A stretch of DNA of 64,000 nt from the human T2T-CHM13v2.0 reference genome, Homo sapiens, in the NCBI RefSeq assembly GCF_009914755.1, contig NC_060934.1; one strand, 5' to 3'. The first letter of the stretch is position 1, and each line of letters opens with the position of its first letter. Below the pieces are notes generated by a model that worked only from the letters and a program-made list of their open reading frames with translations, had not been told where the DNA came from and searched no databases. Below, in pieces: positions 48,216-63,280 of this stretch. The position numbers were made by a program, and so were the translations under genes.

Positions 48216-48577
48216 ATGAAACAAGGGTAGGACTCTGATGGGAAGACTACAACTGTGCCTTATAGAACCTGTAAGAGGAAGAAAAATGTACATCATTAAT
48301 ATTGACCCAGGGAAAATTTTGAAATAAGTGTGGTTTCTATCTCATCTCTTCCCTTGCTAGATTTTTCATAATTCTTACATTGTGTTCTGTCTTCTAAGAA
48401 CATTATGTTGTGTTGCTTTACCCAGACCATACTTTCCAGAGTTAATCCTGAGTTCTGGATTATCTGAGTTTCTTCACCATTACTACAATGAAAACGTATC
48501 CTACTCATTCCCACTTTTTCAAAATCATGCCTCAAGCTGATTGTCACTTTGGCATATTATTTAATATTTTTCTTTCC

Positions 48578-49002
48578 TTGTGATAGTTTACTGAGAATGA
48601 TGATTTCCAATTTCATCCATGTCCCTACAAAGGACATGAACTCATCATTTTTTATGGCTACATAGTATTCCATGGTGTATACATGCCACATTTTCTTAAT
48701 CCAGTCTATCATTGTTGGACATTTGGGTTGGTTCCAAGTGTTCTCACTCATAGGTGGGAATTGAAGAATGAGAACACATGGACACAGGAAGGGGAACATC
48801 ACATTCTGGGGACTGTTGTGGGGTGGGGGGAGGCGGGAGGGATAGCATTAGGAGATATACCTAATGCTAAATGACGAGTTAATGGGTGCAGCACACCAGC
48901 ATGGCACATGTATACATATGTAACTAACCTGCACATTGTGCACATGTACCCTAAAACTTAAAGTATCATATAATAAAATAAAAAATAATAATAATAATTA
49001 AA
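48578..49002 (+). mobile_element. 5'-inverted (twin-primed) young L1PA
   Basis: Minus piece 48578-~48738, plus 3'UTR ~48739-48965, (TAA)n/A tail. Perfect 15-bp TSD AATATTTTTCTTTCC 48563-48577 / 49003-49017. Confidence 0.92.
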
Positions 49003-49647
49003 AATATTTTTCTTTCCATTATCGTGTTAAAGATCAAAACTATGAGGAATTCTTTAGGGGTTCTATAATGAGAGAATCTGACAACGTGGAACCCAACTCA
49101 GGAGATAATTGCGGCTTCCAAGCAACCTTCCAATCCTCCCTCTGACTGCAGTACATCTGACCTTTGGGATTATAAAATTGAAAACAAAGTGATACGTTGC
49201 ACAAGTTCAAAAAGTCCAGGAACTTGGATTCCACTGATAAGTTCCTGTATAGCACTCCTAATTGTTCATTATATTGTCCAACTGTGGCGTTATTAATTCA
49301 AACTATTTAGTGATGGCTGTAATCTACATTGTGACAGATTTTATTACAGCGGATAGTTTCAGACTTGAATGTGGATGTGTGGCATATGGAGTTAAAAGGT
49401 AAACCAGCTACAATTCAAGGAAAATTATTCAAATTGTTTAAAATGTGCAATTCTCTATTGAGGAAAATGAGTATTTGGAAAATTTTCTGATGTATTTTTG
49501 AGTCATCTGGCAGTTATTAGAAGTTCAGGATTGCTTTTTTTTTTTGGTAAGAATTAATTGAAAACCTGTGCTCATTAGATTCATTTTATAACAAAAAGAA
49601 CCCCTGTTGAGACTATTTAGATGAAAAAATGTTTTATTTAGCTATTT

Positions 49648-49816
49648 TTAGTTGGGCGTGGCAGCACACACCTGTAATCCCAGCTACTCTGGAGGCTGAG
49701 GTAGGAGAATCACTTTAACCAGGAGGTGGAGGCTGTGGCAAGCCAAGATTGCACCACTGCACTTCAGCCTGGGCGACAGAAAGAAACTCTGTCTCAAAAA
49801 AAAAAAAAAAAAAAAA
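49648..49816 (+). mobile_element. Alu right monomer (5'-truncated)
   Basis: TTAGTTGGGCGTGG...CTGTCTCAAAA; left arm absent. Confidence 0.85.
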
Positions 49817-49829
49817 ATTGAGAGGTGAG

Positions 49830-50613
<784 letters not shown>

Positions 50614-51054
50614 AAAGGACCATCTTTACAGTTGCTGAGGAACACAACCTGGGGAGGGACCATTTGTGGTTGAGATCATCTATTTTTAGAATGTGACATT
50701 CATAGACATTACATGGGTAGGTATTGTGAACAACCATGTGCTCCAGGTCTTCTGTTTCTCCCTAGTCTCTTGGATCTTGGATCACCCAGAGAAAGAGTCA
50801 GAAATGTCTTTATTGTGATTGAAAACACTAAACTTTCCTCAAACACAGATTCAATGATGAGGCGCTGTATTTAATTTCAGGAGTACGTCTCAGCCACTGA
50901 TGGTTGAGTTTCCATCAGAGGGGTCTCTGTGATCTGATCTGCCCAAACCTGAAATTCTGATATGCCTGCATGGCACGAAGATGGAAGCTGAGTTTTAAGA
51001 TGTAACCTTAATAATAATTCCTTATATGTTATGGTACCTAAGAGTTGTAAGGTA

Positions 51055-51339
51055 CAATGGTCTCTTGCTATCCATGGATAGCAAGTCTGTGATATAAAAT
51101 GATGTATTTGCATATAACCTATACGTATCCTCCTGTATACTTTAAATCATCTTTAGACAATTTACAATACCTCAGACAATGTAAATATTAATACTGTGTA
51201 AATAGTTGGTATTCTTTAGGCAATAACAAGAAAAAATCTTTACGCGTTAAGTCCAGATGCAATTTTTTTCTCAAATATTTTTTATCTGCCATTGATTGAA
51301 TCCAAAGATGAGGAATCCATAGATGCAGAGGGCCAACTG
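51055..51339 (+). mobile_element. MER2 (TcMar-Tigger) element
   Basis: TATTTGCATATAACCTATACGTATCCTCCTGTATACTTTAAATCATCT...GATGCAGAGGGCCAACTG. Confidence 0.75.
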
Positions 51340-51647
51340 CATTTTTGTATGTATTGTATTATAGATCTTCATAGCAATTGCTTGAGAGACACAGGACAGG
51401 ATGTTATTGTTCTAATTTTGCAAGTAAAGAAAAGGCTTGCTATGGTTGAATAGTTAAGCTAAGACAGTTAGTTAATAAGAATCAAAATCAGGATTAGGTC
51501 CTCAGTCTTCTGATCCTATGTCGTGTGGCATTTTTTCTATTAGAACACACTGTTTTCGTTGTGGTAACTTATTAGAATATTGGATGTATAAAAAGCTTTG
51601 CATGAATAAAGTAGACTTAGACTTATAAGGAATAATCTTTATGTTGA

Positions 51648-52001
<354 letters not shown>

Positions 52002-55000
52002 TAATTAGGGAAGCAGAATCTTGTCTGATATTTACATATTTGTAGTTAAAATGTCTAATTTTATGCATTCTTTAACCAGTTTCAAAATATTTATGATTTT
52101 AAAATATCACATCAGATTCTCATAATTGGGTTCCTTGGATTCCAATAGGTCTGCTTAGAGAATAATTGGGATTTTCCAGTTTTTCTTATTCTTTATGGAA
52201 ATTGTAAAACATAAATGGGACAATATACCTAGATTAATTAGTCAAATTACTTTTATTTTGCTTGGACTGATTTCAGCTCTGTCTGGTACCACTTGTTTAA
52301 TCAAGTTGACTAGAAAGCTCTGCTGAACTGCTCTCTAGACTTTGAGGTAGCTCTGGAGCCAGAAATTTCTTCATTTATTAACTAATAAACTCCATTCATT
52401 CAACATTGCGTACCGGGTGTTTAAGATGTATTAGGGAGCAAAAACGGATTCCTTGCCTGCCCTCATCTGATAGGTTTACACGTGGTAGAAAAAGAGGTAA
52501 CACATTTCCTTGCATAACTAAAAGCTAGTTATTTTTATAAGTGATACTTCCCTCAAACAAATTCAATTAAATGTTAAAATATGGTTTTTGCCCTGGAGGT
52601 AATTTGAAACAAGCAAATGTTCAGGCATTGGATGTTAGTTTGGCAGTGTTTTCATAAATATTACACATGCAGATTAGACTCCCTGGTCTGTCCCTCCCTA
52701 GCTGTAAAATTTTAAATTAAGTTTTGAGCCTTAGTTTTCACAATTTTAAGAGGGGAAATAATGATGCTAAATTTTTAGGATGGTTATTTTAAGAACTAAA
52801 TGAAAAATTGTTGATGGAGCTTATAGAAAACCTGGCACTCAAAAATTTATGTTTAGTCCATTTCTGAATAATTTTGGTGTTGCTAATGTTACTTCTATAT
52901 TGATAAGATGGAGTTTCTTAATTTGTTTGGCTTTAATGTCAAAAATTACTTTTGTTTAGAATTCTTAACCATTTTTAGGAATCAGCCAGTTTTATTACCA
53001 AAAAGGGTCCAGCTTCACAAATATAAGAAGCACTAACTGCAATATAGGAAACTTTTATTACAGATTTAGTTATGTTAGATGGTGATATTGAATCTTGCTC
53101 CCAACCTAACGGCCATTGCAGTCTTACAGATTGCTGATTCCATATGTCTCTCCTTTGTTTCTTTATTTTTACTCAGAAGGCTTTTTACAGCACATATTTA
53201 TTTACTGTAGACTTTTGTTTGTCGGTGGCTCTTACTGAATTCCTCTTGCTTGCCTCCTTACTGTGGAGTTAAATAGCTTCAGAAGACACTGTGCTTCCCA
53301 ATTTTCTTCTCTCTCTCTTTCCTTTCTGCCATTTTCCCTCGTTTTTTTTATGCATATTTTTAATTGCCTAGTCAAGAGGTAAAATGGGGCAATTCACACC
53401 AAAACTGAGATGTTGTATAGGCAGATACCATAGAACGATGTCATCTGGGTTGACTTAAAATCTCTGGAGTCAGACTAGATGGGTTTGAATCCTAGCCCTG
53501 CCAGTCAGCTAGTTTTGTAGTCTCAGTTTCCTTATCTGTAAAACAGAGATAATAATAATGCAAGCTGCATAGGAAAAAGAGACAAAATATTGCCTGCATA
53601 ACTAATTGAAGGCTGGTAACTTTGGTAATAATCATGCATCTCTTACAAATACAATTGAATGTTAACATGTAAGTAGTCTCTAGCAATAATTTTAAGTAAG
53701 CAAGTGTTCTGGCTGTAGATATTAGCTGTTGGAACATATTTATAGAAAAATGGTCTGAATCCTGTCTTTACTCAAAAATTCTCATTTCATAAGTATTAAC
53801 CAAATTTTTGATTAACTTACTCTTGAAATGATTTGCCAGTGCTCCAAAATTATATTTTTCATTATGTAACCAATGCCTTGAGTGGCAAGTTTGAGAATCC
53901 ATTAGAACATTAAAAACATCACTGTTGTCAATATTTGAAGTCTAGTAAAGCTCAGGGAAAGAAGGATTAAAATGTAGTACTGATTTTTAAAAGAATGTAA
54001 CATTGCATATAGATAAAATAGTAGTACTACAACAAAATCAAATACATCTTTGTAAGGATGGTGAAACTGCCTTTAAAGATGGGAATGCAAATATGAAAGT
54101 TTTAAGTAATTCTGGAGTTCAGTTGATATTAAAGGTGAAAAAGGGGTTTTTAAATGTATAATTCACTTTAAGTCTATCAAAGATTAAAAAACAATTTATT
54201 TGAAAAATATTTCCCATTATGCCACAGATTATTATTTCCTAATTTGGGCATTTAAAATCAGTTTTAAATGAGGATATTAGAGCTTTTGTTATTCTGATCA
54301 ATTGTTAGATCTAAAATTCATATATTATGAAACATGTACGCTATTAAACACCATCCGATATTTTTATTTTGTTCTATAGCGTTCACATATATTGGTTCTA
54401 TAATCTTTATATATTATAAGCACTACAAATCAATGTTATAATATTTGCTTTAGACAGCATTAAAAATAGATTTAAAAGAAGATATTCTTTTATCATATTT
54501 ATTATTTGCAGCACTCTTTATTTCTTCTACCTATCTGAGTTTGTCTCTGGTATCATTTCTCTTCAGCTTGAAGAAATTCCTTTAGTATTTCTTGTAGTGC
54601 AGTTCTGCTGGTGATAAATTATGTTAGTTTTTCCCCCTGAAAATGTTTTTATTTTGCCTTCATTCTTGAAATGTTTTCCTACTGGATATATATTTTTTCA
54701 TGGTCTTTTTTTTTCTTTTAGTGCTTTAAAGACATTATTTTGCTGTCTTCACCTAGTTTCTACTGTGATATCCACAATTTCTTTTTTTTTTCTGTGTTTA
54801 ATATATCTTTGTTGTTTTGATGCTTTCAAAATTCGGTCTTTATTTTTGGATTTCAGCACGAACATTTTAAATTTTATCGTACTTATGTTAACTAAACTTC
54901 TTGAATCTGAAATGTACGCCGTCTGCCAATTTTGAAAAGTATTTTGCTCTTGTTTATTCAGGTATTTCTTCTGTCCCATTCTCCCTTTCATTTCCCTTTT

Positions 55001-55197
55001 GTATTTCAATCATCAGTGTGTTAGTCTGTAAGTCTAACGTGCTGTTAGATGAAATCTCCGCATATATTTTGATTTTGTTTTCTGGTTTTCAGCGTGCATA
55101 ATTTCAATCGATCTATCTTCAAGTTCTGTGATTTTTTTCCCTTGTTACCTTCATTCTACTGATAATCCTATCCAGTGATTTAAAAAGAAATCAAGTA

Positions 55198-55527
55198 CAG
55201 ATGCTCCTCAAATTATAATAGGATTATGTCTCAATAAATCCATCATAAATTGAAAATGCATTTAATACACCCAACCTACTGAGAACCATAGCTTAGCCTA
55301 GCCTACCTGAAACTTGCCAAGAACATACACATTAGCCTACGGTTGGGTCAAATCATCTAACACAAAGCCTATTTCATAGTAAGTATTGAATACCTCCTGT
55401 AATTTATTGCATATTGTACTGAAAGTGAAAAATAGAGTGGTTGTGTCCCTCTAAAGATATATCACTTTTTCACCATCATAAAGCAGAAAAATCCTAAGTG
55501 GAACCATTGTAAGTCAGGGATTGCCTG
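55198..55527 (+). mobile_element. MER47A-like (TcMar-Tigger) element
   Basis: TA|CAGATGCTCCTC...ATAGCTTAGCCTAGCCTACC...GTAAGTCAGGGATTGCCTG; lies within old antisense L1M sequence (~54350-55850). Confidence 0.75.
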
Positions 55528-55869
55528 CATTGTATTTTTCAATTCTAAAATTTTTAATAGGTTGTTTTAGTTTAAAAAAGTTCTCTGTTACCTTTTCATC
55601 CATTTTAAGAATATTTTCCCTTACTTCATTGTGCATAATTACAATGGGAGTTTTAAAATCCTTGCGTGCATCATCTCAGATTTACCTGCTGCTGATTAAA
55701 TTTTCCCGTGTATGATTATGTTGTCCTGGTTCTTTGTCATATAATTTTGAATTTTATCCTGGATGTGTGAATGGAGGCTCTGGGATGCGTTATATATATT
55801 TTTTCAAAGCATGGTGATAATTTGTTTAAGCAGATGATTAAGTTGCATAGACTCAAATGACAAACTTTT

Positions 55870-56173
55870 TTTTTTTTTTTTTTTTTTTTCCGGAGACACA
55901 GTCTGGCTCTGTTGCCCAAGCTGGAGTGTAGTGGTGTGATCTCAGCTCACTACAGCCTCTGCCTCCCAGGTTCAAGCAATTCTCCTGTGTCAGTCTCCTG
56001 AGTAGCTGGGATTACAGGCATGTGCCACCACTCCTGGCTAATTTTTGTACTTTTAGTAGAGATGAGGTTCTCCATGTTGGCCAGGTTGGTCTCAAACTCC
56101 TGGCCTCAGGTGATCTCCCCGCCTCAGCATCCCAAAGTGGTGGGATTATAGGCGTGAGTCACCAGGTCCAACC
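55870..56173 (-). mobile_element. AluS
   Basis: 17-bp TSD TCAAATGACAAACTTTT 55853-55869 / 56174-56190. Confidence 0.92.
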
Positions 56174-57242
56174 TCAAATGACAAACTTTTGTATGCTGTG
56201 GGCAGCAGTCAAAATATCAATTCAATTCCTCTAGGCTTAGCTGCTAGAAGGGCTCCCTACACATGCATGTTTCCATTTTGGCCAGAGACTTGGACAGAGA
56301 TTATTCATAGAACAGGGGGCACTCATTTTTTTTTTTTTCTGGCTCTCTTCTTTATAGAATTTCTTTTTTTCTATCATACCTAGCTATTCCAGGCTGCCCT
56401 TCGTGGTTTCTCAGGCCCAGGAGAGAGCAGTCCTTCTCTCAGAGTTTTTGCCTTGCACTCCATCTGCAGCTGCAGCTGGACCCTATGTCAAAGGCTGACA
56501 GAATTGAATTTGCTGTGATCCCTTCACTTAAGTTCCCTATCCCTTAAAAATAATGCCTCCTCTCTTTATCTCAAAGTCCTCTTGTGGTACCAGCTTATAG
56601 ATTTTTCTTGTTTTTCTAACGTAATCATTATGTTCATCACTGAGTTTCCCAGCTGAGTGAACACCAGCATCTCCTAAGCTGCTCTATGTTGCCCTTTCTG
56701 AAGGGAAACTGAGCCATAATCCATTCCTAAGTAATAGGTAGGCTCTGCTACATACAGGGTGAGTTGGGTTCTTTTATTAAGAAGAAACTGTGAAAGACCA
56801 AACATGGAGACAAGAATCCCACATTCTCACTCTCTAGATTACGTTTCTGCAGCCTCTGTCTGAATATCTGTTTATTTTTAAATCAGTGAAAATTTAATGT
56901 CCATTTATTCCTTTCTATATTTACTTTGAAAACTCTTTACTGAACATCTGTATTGCTCCGCATGCTCTTCCAGGACCTGAAGATATAAAAGTGAACAAGA
57001 ATGCAGCTCTTGTCTGTGCTGAACTTGCAATCTGGTGATAGAGACATAAACCGTATACACGTACTTATGATTACATATTAAAAGTTAGAAAAAAGTAACC
57101 AGCAACCATTTTCTTATCTGCACGTACACATTTCAAAGCTCACAACGTGACAAGGATACGATGTGTGTGTTTTCCAGATGTTGCTTGGGAGCATCTATAC
57201 TGTTTGTAATCTGAGAAATTTCCATCGAACAACTCATCTATT

Positions 57243-57575
57243 CCAGGCATCTGCATGCTCTTCATTGAAAGGGCTGATAGCAAATATTTTAGGCTTTTTG
57301 GGCCATATGGTCCATGTCCCAAAAACTCAACTCTGCCGTCTACACTATAAAAACAGTCATATATACAAAATACATAAAGCATGGCTGTGTTATGTTAACC
57401 TTTTATTTATGAACATGGAAATGTATAATTAATATCATTGTTACATGTTTAAAAATATTTATTTTTTTGAATTTTTTAATGATTTAAACAGGTAAAAACC
57501 CTTCTTAACTCATAGGATATGCAAAATTAGGTGGCAGGTGGATTTCTCTGTGGGTTACAGTTTGCTGCCCCCGTG
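57243..57575 (+). mobile_element. MER58B-like hAT element
   Basis: AAGGGCTGATAGCAAATATTTTAGGCTTT...AACTCAACTCTGCC...AGTTTGCTGCCCC. Confidence 0.7.
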
Positions 57576-57943
57576 TCTGTTCAATATAAACATTAATTGA
57601 GCATTTTATATCTGACACTATTCAATATTGGACATAAATGAATAAAGAATATAATTCTTCCTCTAAGAACACAGGTACATTATAATCTTAATTTTAGTGC
57701 CCAGTGTTCACATTTATAGCAAACAAAAGTGAAGCAAACTTTATTTCTGTATCAGAATCAGCTTTATTATGCTATTATTTAAACATGTATCTGAACTTTC
57801 AATTAAGGGGGAAATTTTTTTATAGTAGTCAATCCTCTTTCTTTAAAATAAATACTTTTAGTACTTATTTGTACTGAGAGTACAAACAAGATGTGTTAAC
57901 GAAATGGAATTACAGTGCCTTTTTTTCACTTACCTTCCCCCCC

Positions 57944-58238
<295 letters not shown>

Positions 58239-58431
58239 TCTTAACCCATTTTTAATATGGTAGTTGTGTTATTTTAAAAGTAAAAATATTAAAATAAAAA
58301 TGTATTATAAATGTATATTTATGTTGTTAGATTTATATATGCTGATTATTATTGTTAATTTTAATGCAAAAGCTTTTATTAATTCCAGTGTGTAAGACAT
58401 CATGATAATGTTGTTAAGATAATAAAGACTG

Positions 58432-58778
58432 CAGGTTTATCATCCCTTATCCAAAAATCTGAAATCCAAAGTGCTCCGAAATTGGAAACTTTTTGAGGGC
58501 AAATATGATGCCACAAATGGAAAATTCCACACCTGACGCCTTTGGTTTCTGATGGTTTAATGTGCAGAGACTTTGTTTTATGCACAAAATTATTTTAAAA
58601 CCTTGTACAAAATTACCTTCAGGTTATGTGAATAAGGTGTATATGAAACATAAATGAATTTTATGTTTAGACTTGTGTCCCATCTCTAATGTATGTGCAA
58701 ATATTTCAAAATGTGAAAAAATCTGAAATCCAAAACACTTCTGGTCCCAAGCATTTTAGGTAAGAGATACTGAACCTG
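58432..58778 (+). mobile_element. Tigger4/MER46-like MITE with terminal inverted repeats
   Basis: TIRs CAGGTTTATCATCCCTTATCCAAAA and TTTTAGGTAAGAGATACTGAACCTG (rc CAGGTTCAGTATCTCTTACCTAAAA); TA at the right flank. Confidence 0.8.
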
Positions 58779-60237
58779 TATTAAGTTACAGGCTATATAT
58801 CAAGGTGTTTGTGATCTCTTTGAGACACATGTTTGGGAATAAAACAATTACTTATTGGAAGAAAGAAAAAGGTACAAAATTTGGGTTTGAATAAATTTCT
58901 CTGAGACTAGAGACAAACTCTGACTCCAGAAAGCGAAAGAGCATTTGAGAAAATAGTTGAAAGATGAGCAGTATTTCAATGGATGGAGAGATGAGAGAAA
59001 TGGTATTTCAAATGGAAAGAACCACAGAAGGACCAGGTGGAGATAGTTGCTGTGCTCAGGCGATGACACAGAAGTCTACTATGACTAGAAATGACTGGAA
59101 ACAAAGAAGATAGGCTAACAGTGTATGTTGTGAATGTCAAGAATTATGTCCTCCAAAGGTTACTAATTTTGCTCACCTGAACTGTTTCCTTGCCTTCTTT
59201 TTCTTCCTATACCCAAACTCCTTCACAGTTGACAATCCTATTTCTGCCACTGTCCAACCAGGCAGCAGAAATGAGAGACATTGATGGATGTTATGGCAGT
59301 GGTTGAGGAATAGTGTAAGGAATTTCAAGGGCATGCATATTTGGTGCTTAATGATTCCTTATGTCTCAAGCAGTATTTTCCAGAGAGCTTTAGTTTCTTG
59401 CACAAATTCTTTCATTGTTAAGCTAATAATGCCAAGGTCCTTGATGTCTGTGTGTTTGTGTGTGTGCATGAATTTGAAATGGGTGAACTATATGAGATTT
59501 TCATAGTCACTCAACAATCTTGACATCTTTTGTGTATTGGATAATATATTTGTTCTATTTTTCCATTTATTTCAAATTCAGAGTTATATGTCAGTGATGG
59601 AATCATAGTTGACAACTTAGATACTTATTTGAATTAACTGATACCATATCAACAAAATTTTGCAATGGAATATTAACAGTCAAGCTGTCAGATATCTTAG
59701 AGTATTGATGAGAGCTAAAAATGATACATTCTCTAATTTCTCTATTGAAAAATAGAAATATTTTTCTATGCATCATTTGCTTTTCATTTGGCAGCAAATT
59801 TATTTTTATAGGCAGATGGCTTGATTATTTGTTAAATTTATAGATGGATATATTCTTCAAATTAATTTAGACACAATTGAAAAAATTCACGCTCAACAGA
59901 AGTACATAAAAATCCTATAATAGTGTATTAAAATAAATATACAAATTTCAAAAGATACATCTTTTGAACCATGATCATTTGACTGAGATTCTGTCAAATG
60001 AGGGTGACCATGATATTTTACTAATGAAATTGGTTTGAACATACCCAGTAGATGTCAATTTTCTGCATATGAACTCTGGGAACTATGATGAACGCTCACT
60101 TTGATTTTAAGTATCTTTCAAGTGAATTAATCCAGGAAGTTTAAAGAGACTCAAACTACTTTAGGCTTTACAGATTTTGATCAATACCGTGGAATATTGC
60201 AAATGGAAAAAGAGAATCAAATTATTGTCTACCTAAT

Positions 60238-60890
60238 TGTGGCAGGCAGATGATAAAATCTGCCCCCGTCCCCAATTTCCTATCCTCTGGTTATTCAATC
60301 AAAGACTAATCTGGCCACAGCTATGAAGAGATTTTGTAAATGGGTTACTAATCAACTGACTTCAAAATCGCAAGATTATCTTGGACTGTTCAAGTGGGCT
60401 CAGTGTAATCACATGAGCCCTTAAAAGCAGAAGTGGAAGGCAGGAGAGCTAAGGCAGAAGGCAAGATTAGAGAGATTTAAAGTTTGAGGACTTGACCTCA
60501 TTGCTGGCTTTGGAAATGAAGAAAGGGGATCACAAGAAAGTAATACAGGGGCCTCTAAAAGTGGAGAACAATCACTGGTTAACAGCCAGCAAAGACGCAG
60601 GGATCTCAGTCTTAGGGCTGTGTGGAATTGAATTCTTAGGGATGCATGGAATTGAATTCTGCCAACCACTTCAATGAGCTTGAAAGCCTATTCATCCTCA
60701 GGGCCTTCAGAAAGGAGTACAGACAACCCTCACTTCCATTTCAGCCTTTTATGCGTCTAAGCAAAGAACCAGCTAAGCCACACCGTGCTGGGACTTCTGA
60801 CTTACAGAAGCTGTGAGATAATACATTTGTGTTGTTTTAAGCCACTAGGTGTGTAGTAACTTGTTATGGAAGCAATAGAAAATGAGTTCA
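60238..60890 (+). mobile_element. MLT1D/E-type MaLR LTR
   Basis: TGTGGCAGGCAG...GTAATCACATGAGCCCTTAAAAGCAG...TGTTTTAAGCCACTA...GCAATAGAAAA. Confidence 0.8.
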
Positions 60891-61239
60891 CTAATTTTCA
60901 AAGTTTTTAGGGGAAGAAAGGTTTATATTTTCTTGATTGTCTATTCTTGCTAATAACGAACATTTGCAGTGAGTAAAATCTCCGTTTTACTAGGTAAAGA
61001 GGAACAATTCTAAAAGTCGTCTGGAGACCTGGATTCCCCTTAAACACTAATTAATGGTATGATTTGGGGGAAAATCCCTGGGCTTTCCTTTTTCTCTTTT
61101 ACATGGTTCCAGTTCCTCCAGTTTTTCATTTATGTGTTTAATTTTTTTATTCTTACCCCGATTTTCATTGCTTCCCTTTAGATCATGCCAAAAATTAAGG
61201 ATCTGTCTTCCATTAATGCCACTTGCCCCTACTGTCCTA

Positions 61240-62190
61240 GCCTGTGTAATTTTGATAAAGTCAAATTTAATTATCTATATAGCCATCATCTATCTATCTA
61301 TCTATCATCTATCTATCTACCTATCTTCCATCTATCTATGTACTTACTTATTTATTTATTTACTTCTTCATATGGATGCTCTTGTTTTAGGTGTTACATT
61401 TAAGAAACCATTGCCTAATCCAAGGTCATAGACTTACACTTACAGTTCCCTGTAAGAGTTTATATCTTATACTTAGGTCTTTAATCCATCTTTAGTTAAT
61501 TTTAATATGTTATGAGGTATCCACTTTTGCATGTACCTATCCAGTTGTCTGAGCACCATATATTGAAAAGTCTACACTTTCCTCACTGAATTATCTTAAC
61601 ACGGTCAAAATTCATAGATGCGTTGGTTTACTTTTGAACTCTCAATGCGATTGCATTGATCTTTCTGCCTGTGCTTATGACAGTACCACACTATCTTCTT
61701 GATTACTGCAGCCTTGTACTGTAGTTTGAAAGGAAGTTACTAGAGAAGAGTAAGTCTTATAATTTTGTTATTTTCTTTCAGGAGTTTTTTGTCTATTCTG
61801 TGTTTCTTCCATTTCCATATGTATTTTAGTATTAATTTGCAAATTTCTGCAAAAATGGTGGTTGGAATTTTGAGAGGAATTGCATTGAATTGGTAGATCA
61901 ATTTGGTAACTACTGTCATCTGAACAATATTAAGTTTTCCAGGCTATCATGCATCATGTCTTTCCATTTACTTAGGTCTTCTTTGATTTCTTTCAACATT
62001 GTATTTTTAAATTTTTATTGTACAAATCTTGATTTTTACTCATTAAAGTTATTCCTAAGTCTTTTATTGTTTTTGAGGCAACTTTAAATGAGATTTTTTC
62101 TTGATTTTATTTTAGATTGTTCCTTGCCAGTGTATAGAAATGAAACTGGTTTTTGTATATTGATTTTATATCCTATATACTTACCAACTT
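61240..62190 (-). mobile_element. Old L1M ORF2 fragment containing a (TATC)n microsatellite (~61286-61340)
   Basis: CCATTGCCTAATCCAAGGTCA...TTGGAATTTTGAGAGGAATTGCATTGAAT... Confidence 0.75.
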
Positions 62191-63184
62191 TTACTTTTTA
62201 CATCATTTATTTTCAGTGACAAAAGTTATTAAGTGACAATCCATTATACTCTCATCTAAGGACTGAGTCAATGTTTTATCTAATTCTGTAGGTTTACAGA
62301 ATTTGTGTTTTGCTTAGGAAACCCTGCTAAACATAAAGCCTGGTAATCTGTCACAAACCAGTGTGTTTATATGTGTTTTTAAAATTCCTTTAGGTTAACA
62401 AAAAGAAATGTCTGCCATTTTTTTCATAGTGCACACCCATTTCAGGCCAAGGCATTTGAGAAATCTCAATAATAGAGACAGTCAGGAGGAAACTATTTTA
62501 AGTATTGAGAAATTATTAATGCTGACCCTAAAGGGTGCCCTGATTGAAGAGTTTGGAGTTCTGAATCATCATGTTTAGAAAAGAACACTAGAGAGGGACA
62601 ATTTTCAAACAAGATGATATGGATACTTTCTAACAGGTGTCTGAAGTCCTTGTTTTTACAGTAGACTCTAAATCTACTATAAATCTAAATACACTAAATA
62701 TAGTATACTTAATAGGTATTGTAGAGTAACTGATGACCTGCTGGAGTGACACATCAGTTAAGGGTTCCCGCTCCAGATTCAGACAGGTACAGATTTCTTC
62801 CCAGCTCCTCTACCACCTACCAGTTGTTTAACCTTGTTAACTGATTTTTACATTAGTTAAGTCTTAGTTTTTTCATTTATAAACTGAGAGATGATGACAA
62901 TGATAATAAAATTCACTTAATTATACTATTTTCTAAGTCGTGCATTGTTTTCATTCTTCAAACCTCAAAGCAAAACTCATAAAGTAATTTTATTTCCCTT
63001 CTTACATGAAAACATATTTGTAGTTCTTGATGCTATTATTATGAAGATTTAATGAGATAATTCATAAAAGTTGCTAGCAAAAAAAATGGTGCATAGTAAA
63101 TCATTAATAAACGTCAGCTATTATCATTAGGATTTAAATTTTTTTTATTTTTTTTGAATTTTACATTTTATTTATTTATTCATT

Positions 63185-63279
63185 TTTTATTATACTTTAA
63201 GTTCTAGGGTACATGTGCACAACGTGCAGGTTTGTTACATATGTATACATGTGCCATGTTGGTGTGCTGCACCCATTCA
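63185..63279 (-). mobile_element. Short young L1PA 3' end
   Basis: TTATTATACTTTAAGTTCTAGGGTACATGTGCACAACGTGCAGG...GCTGCACCCATT. Confidence 0.85.
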
Positions 63280-63280
63280 C

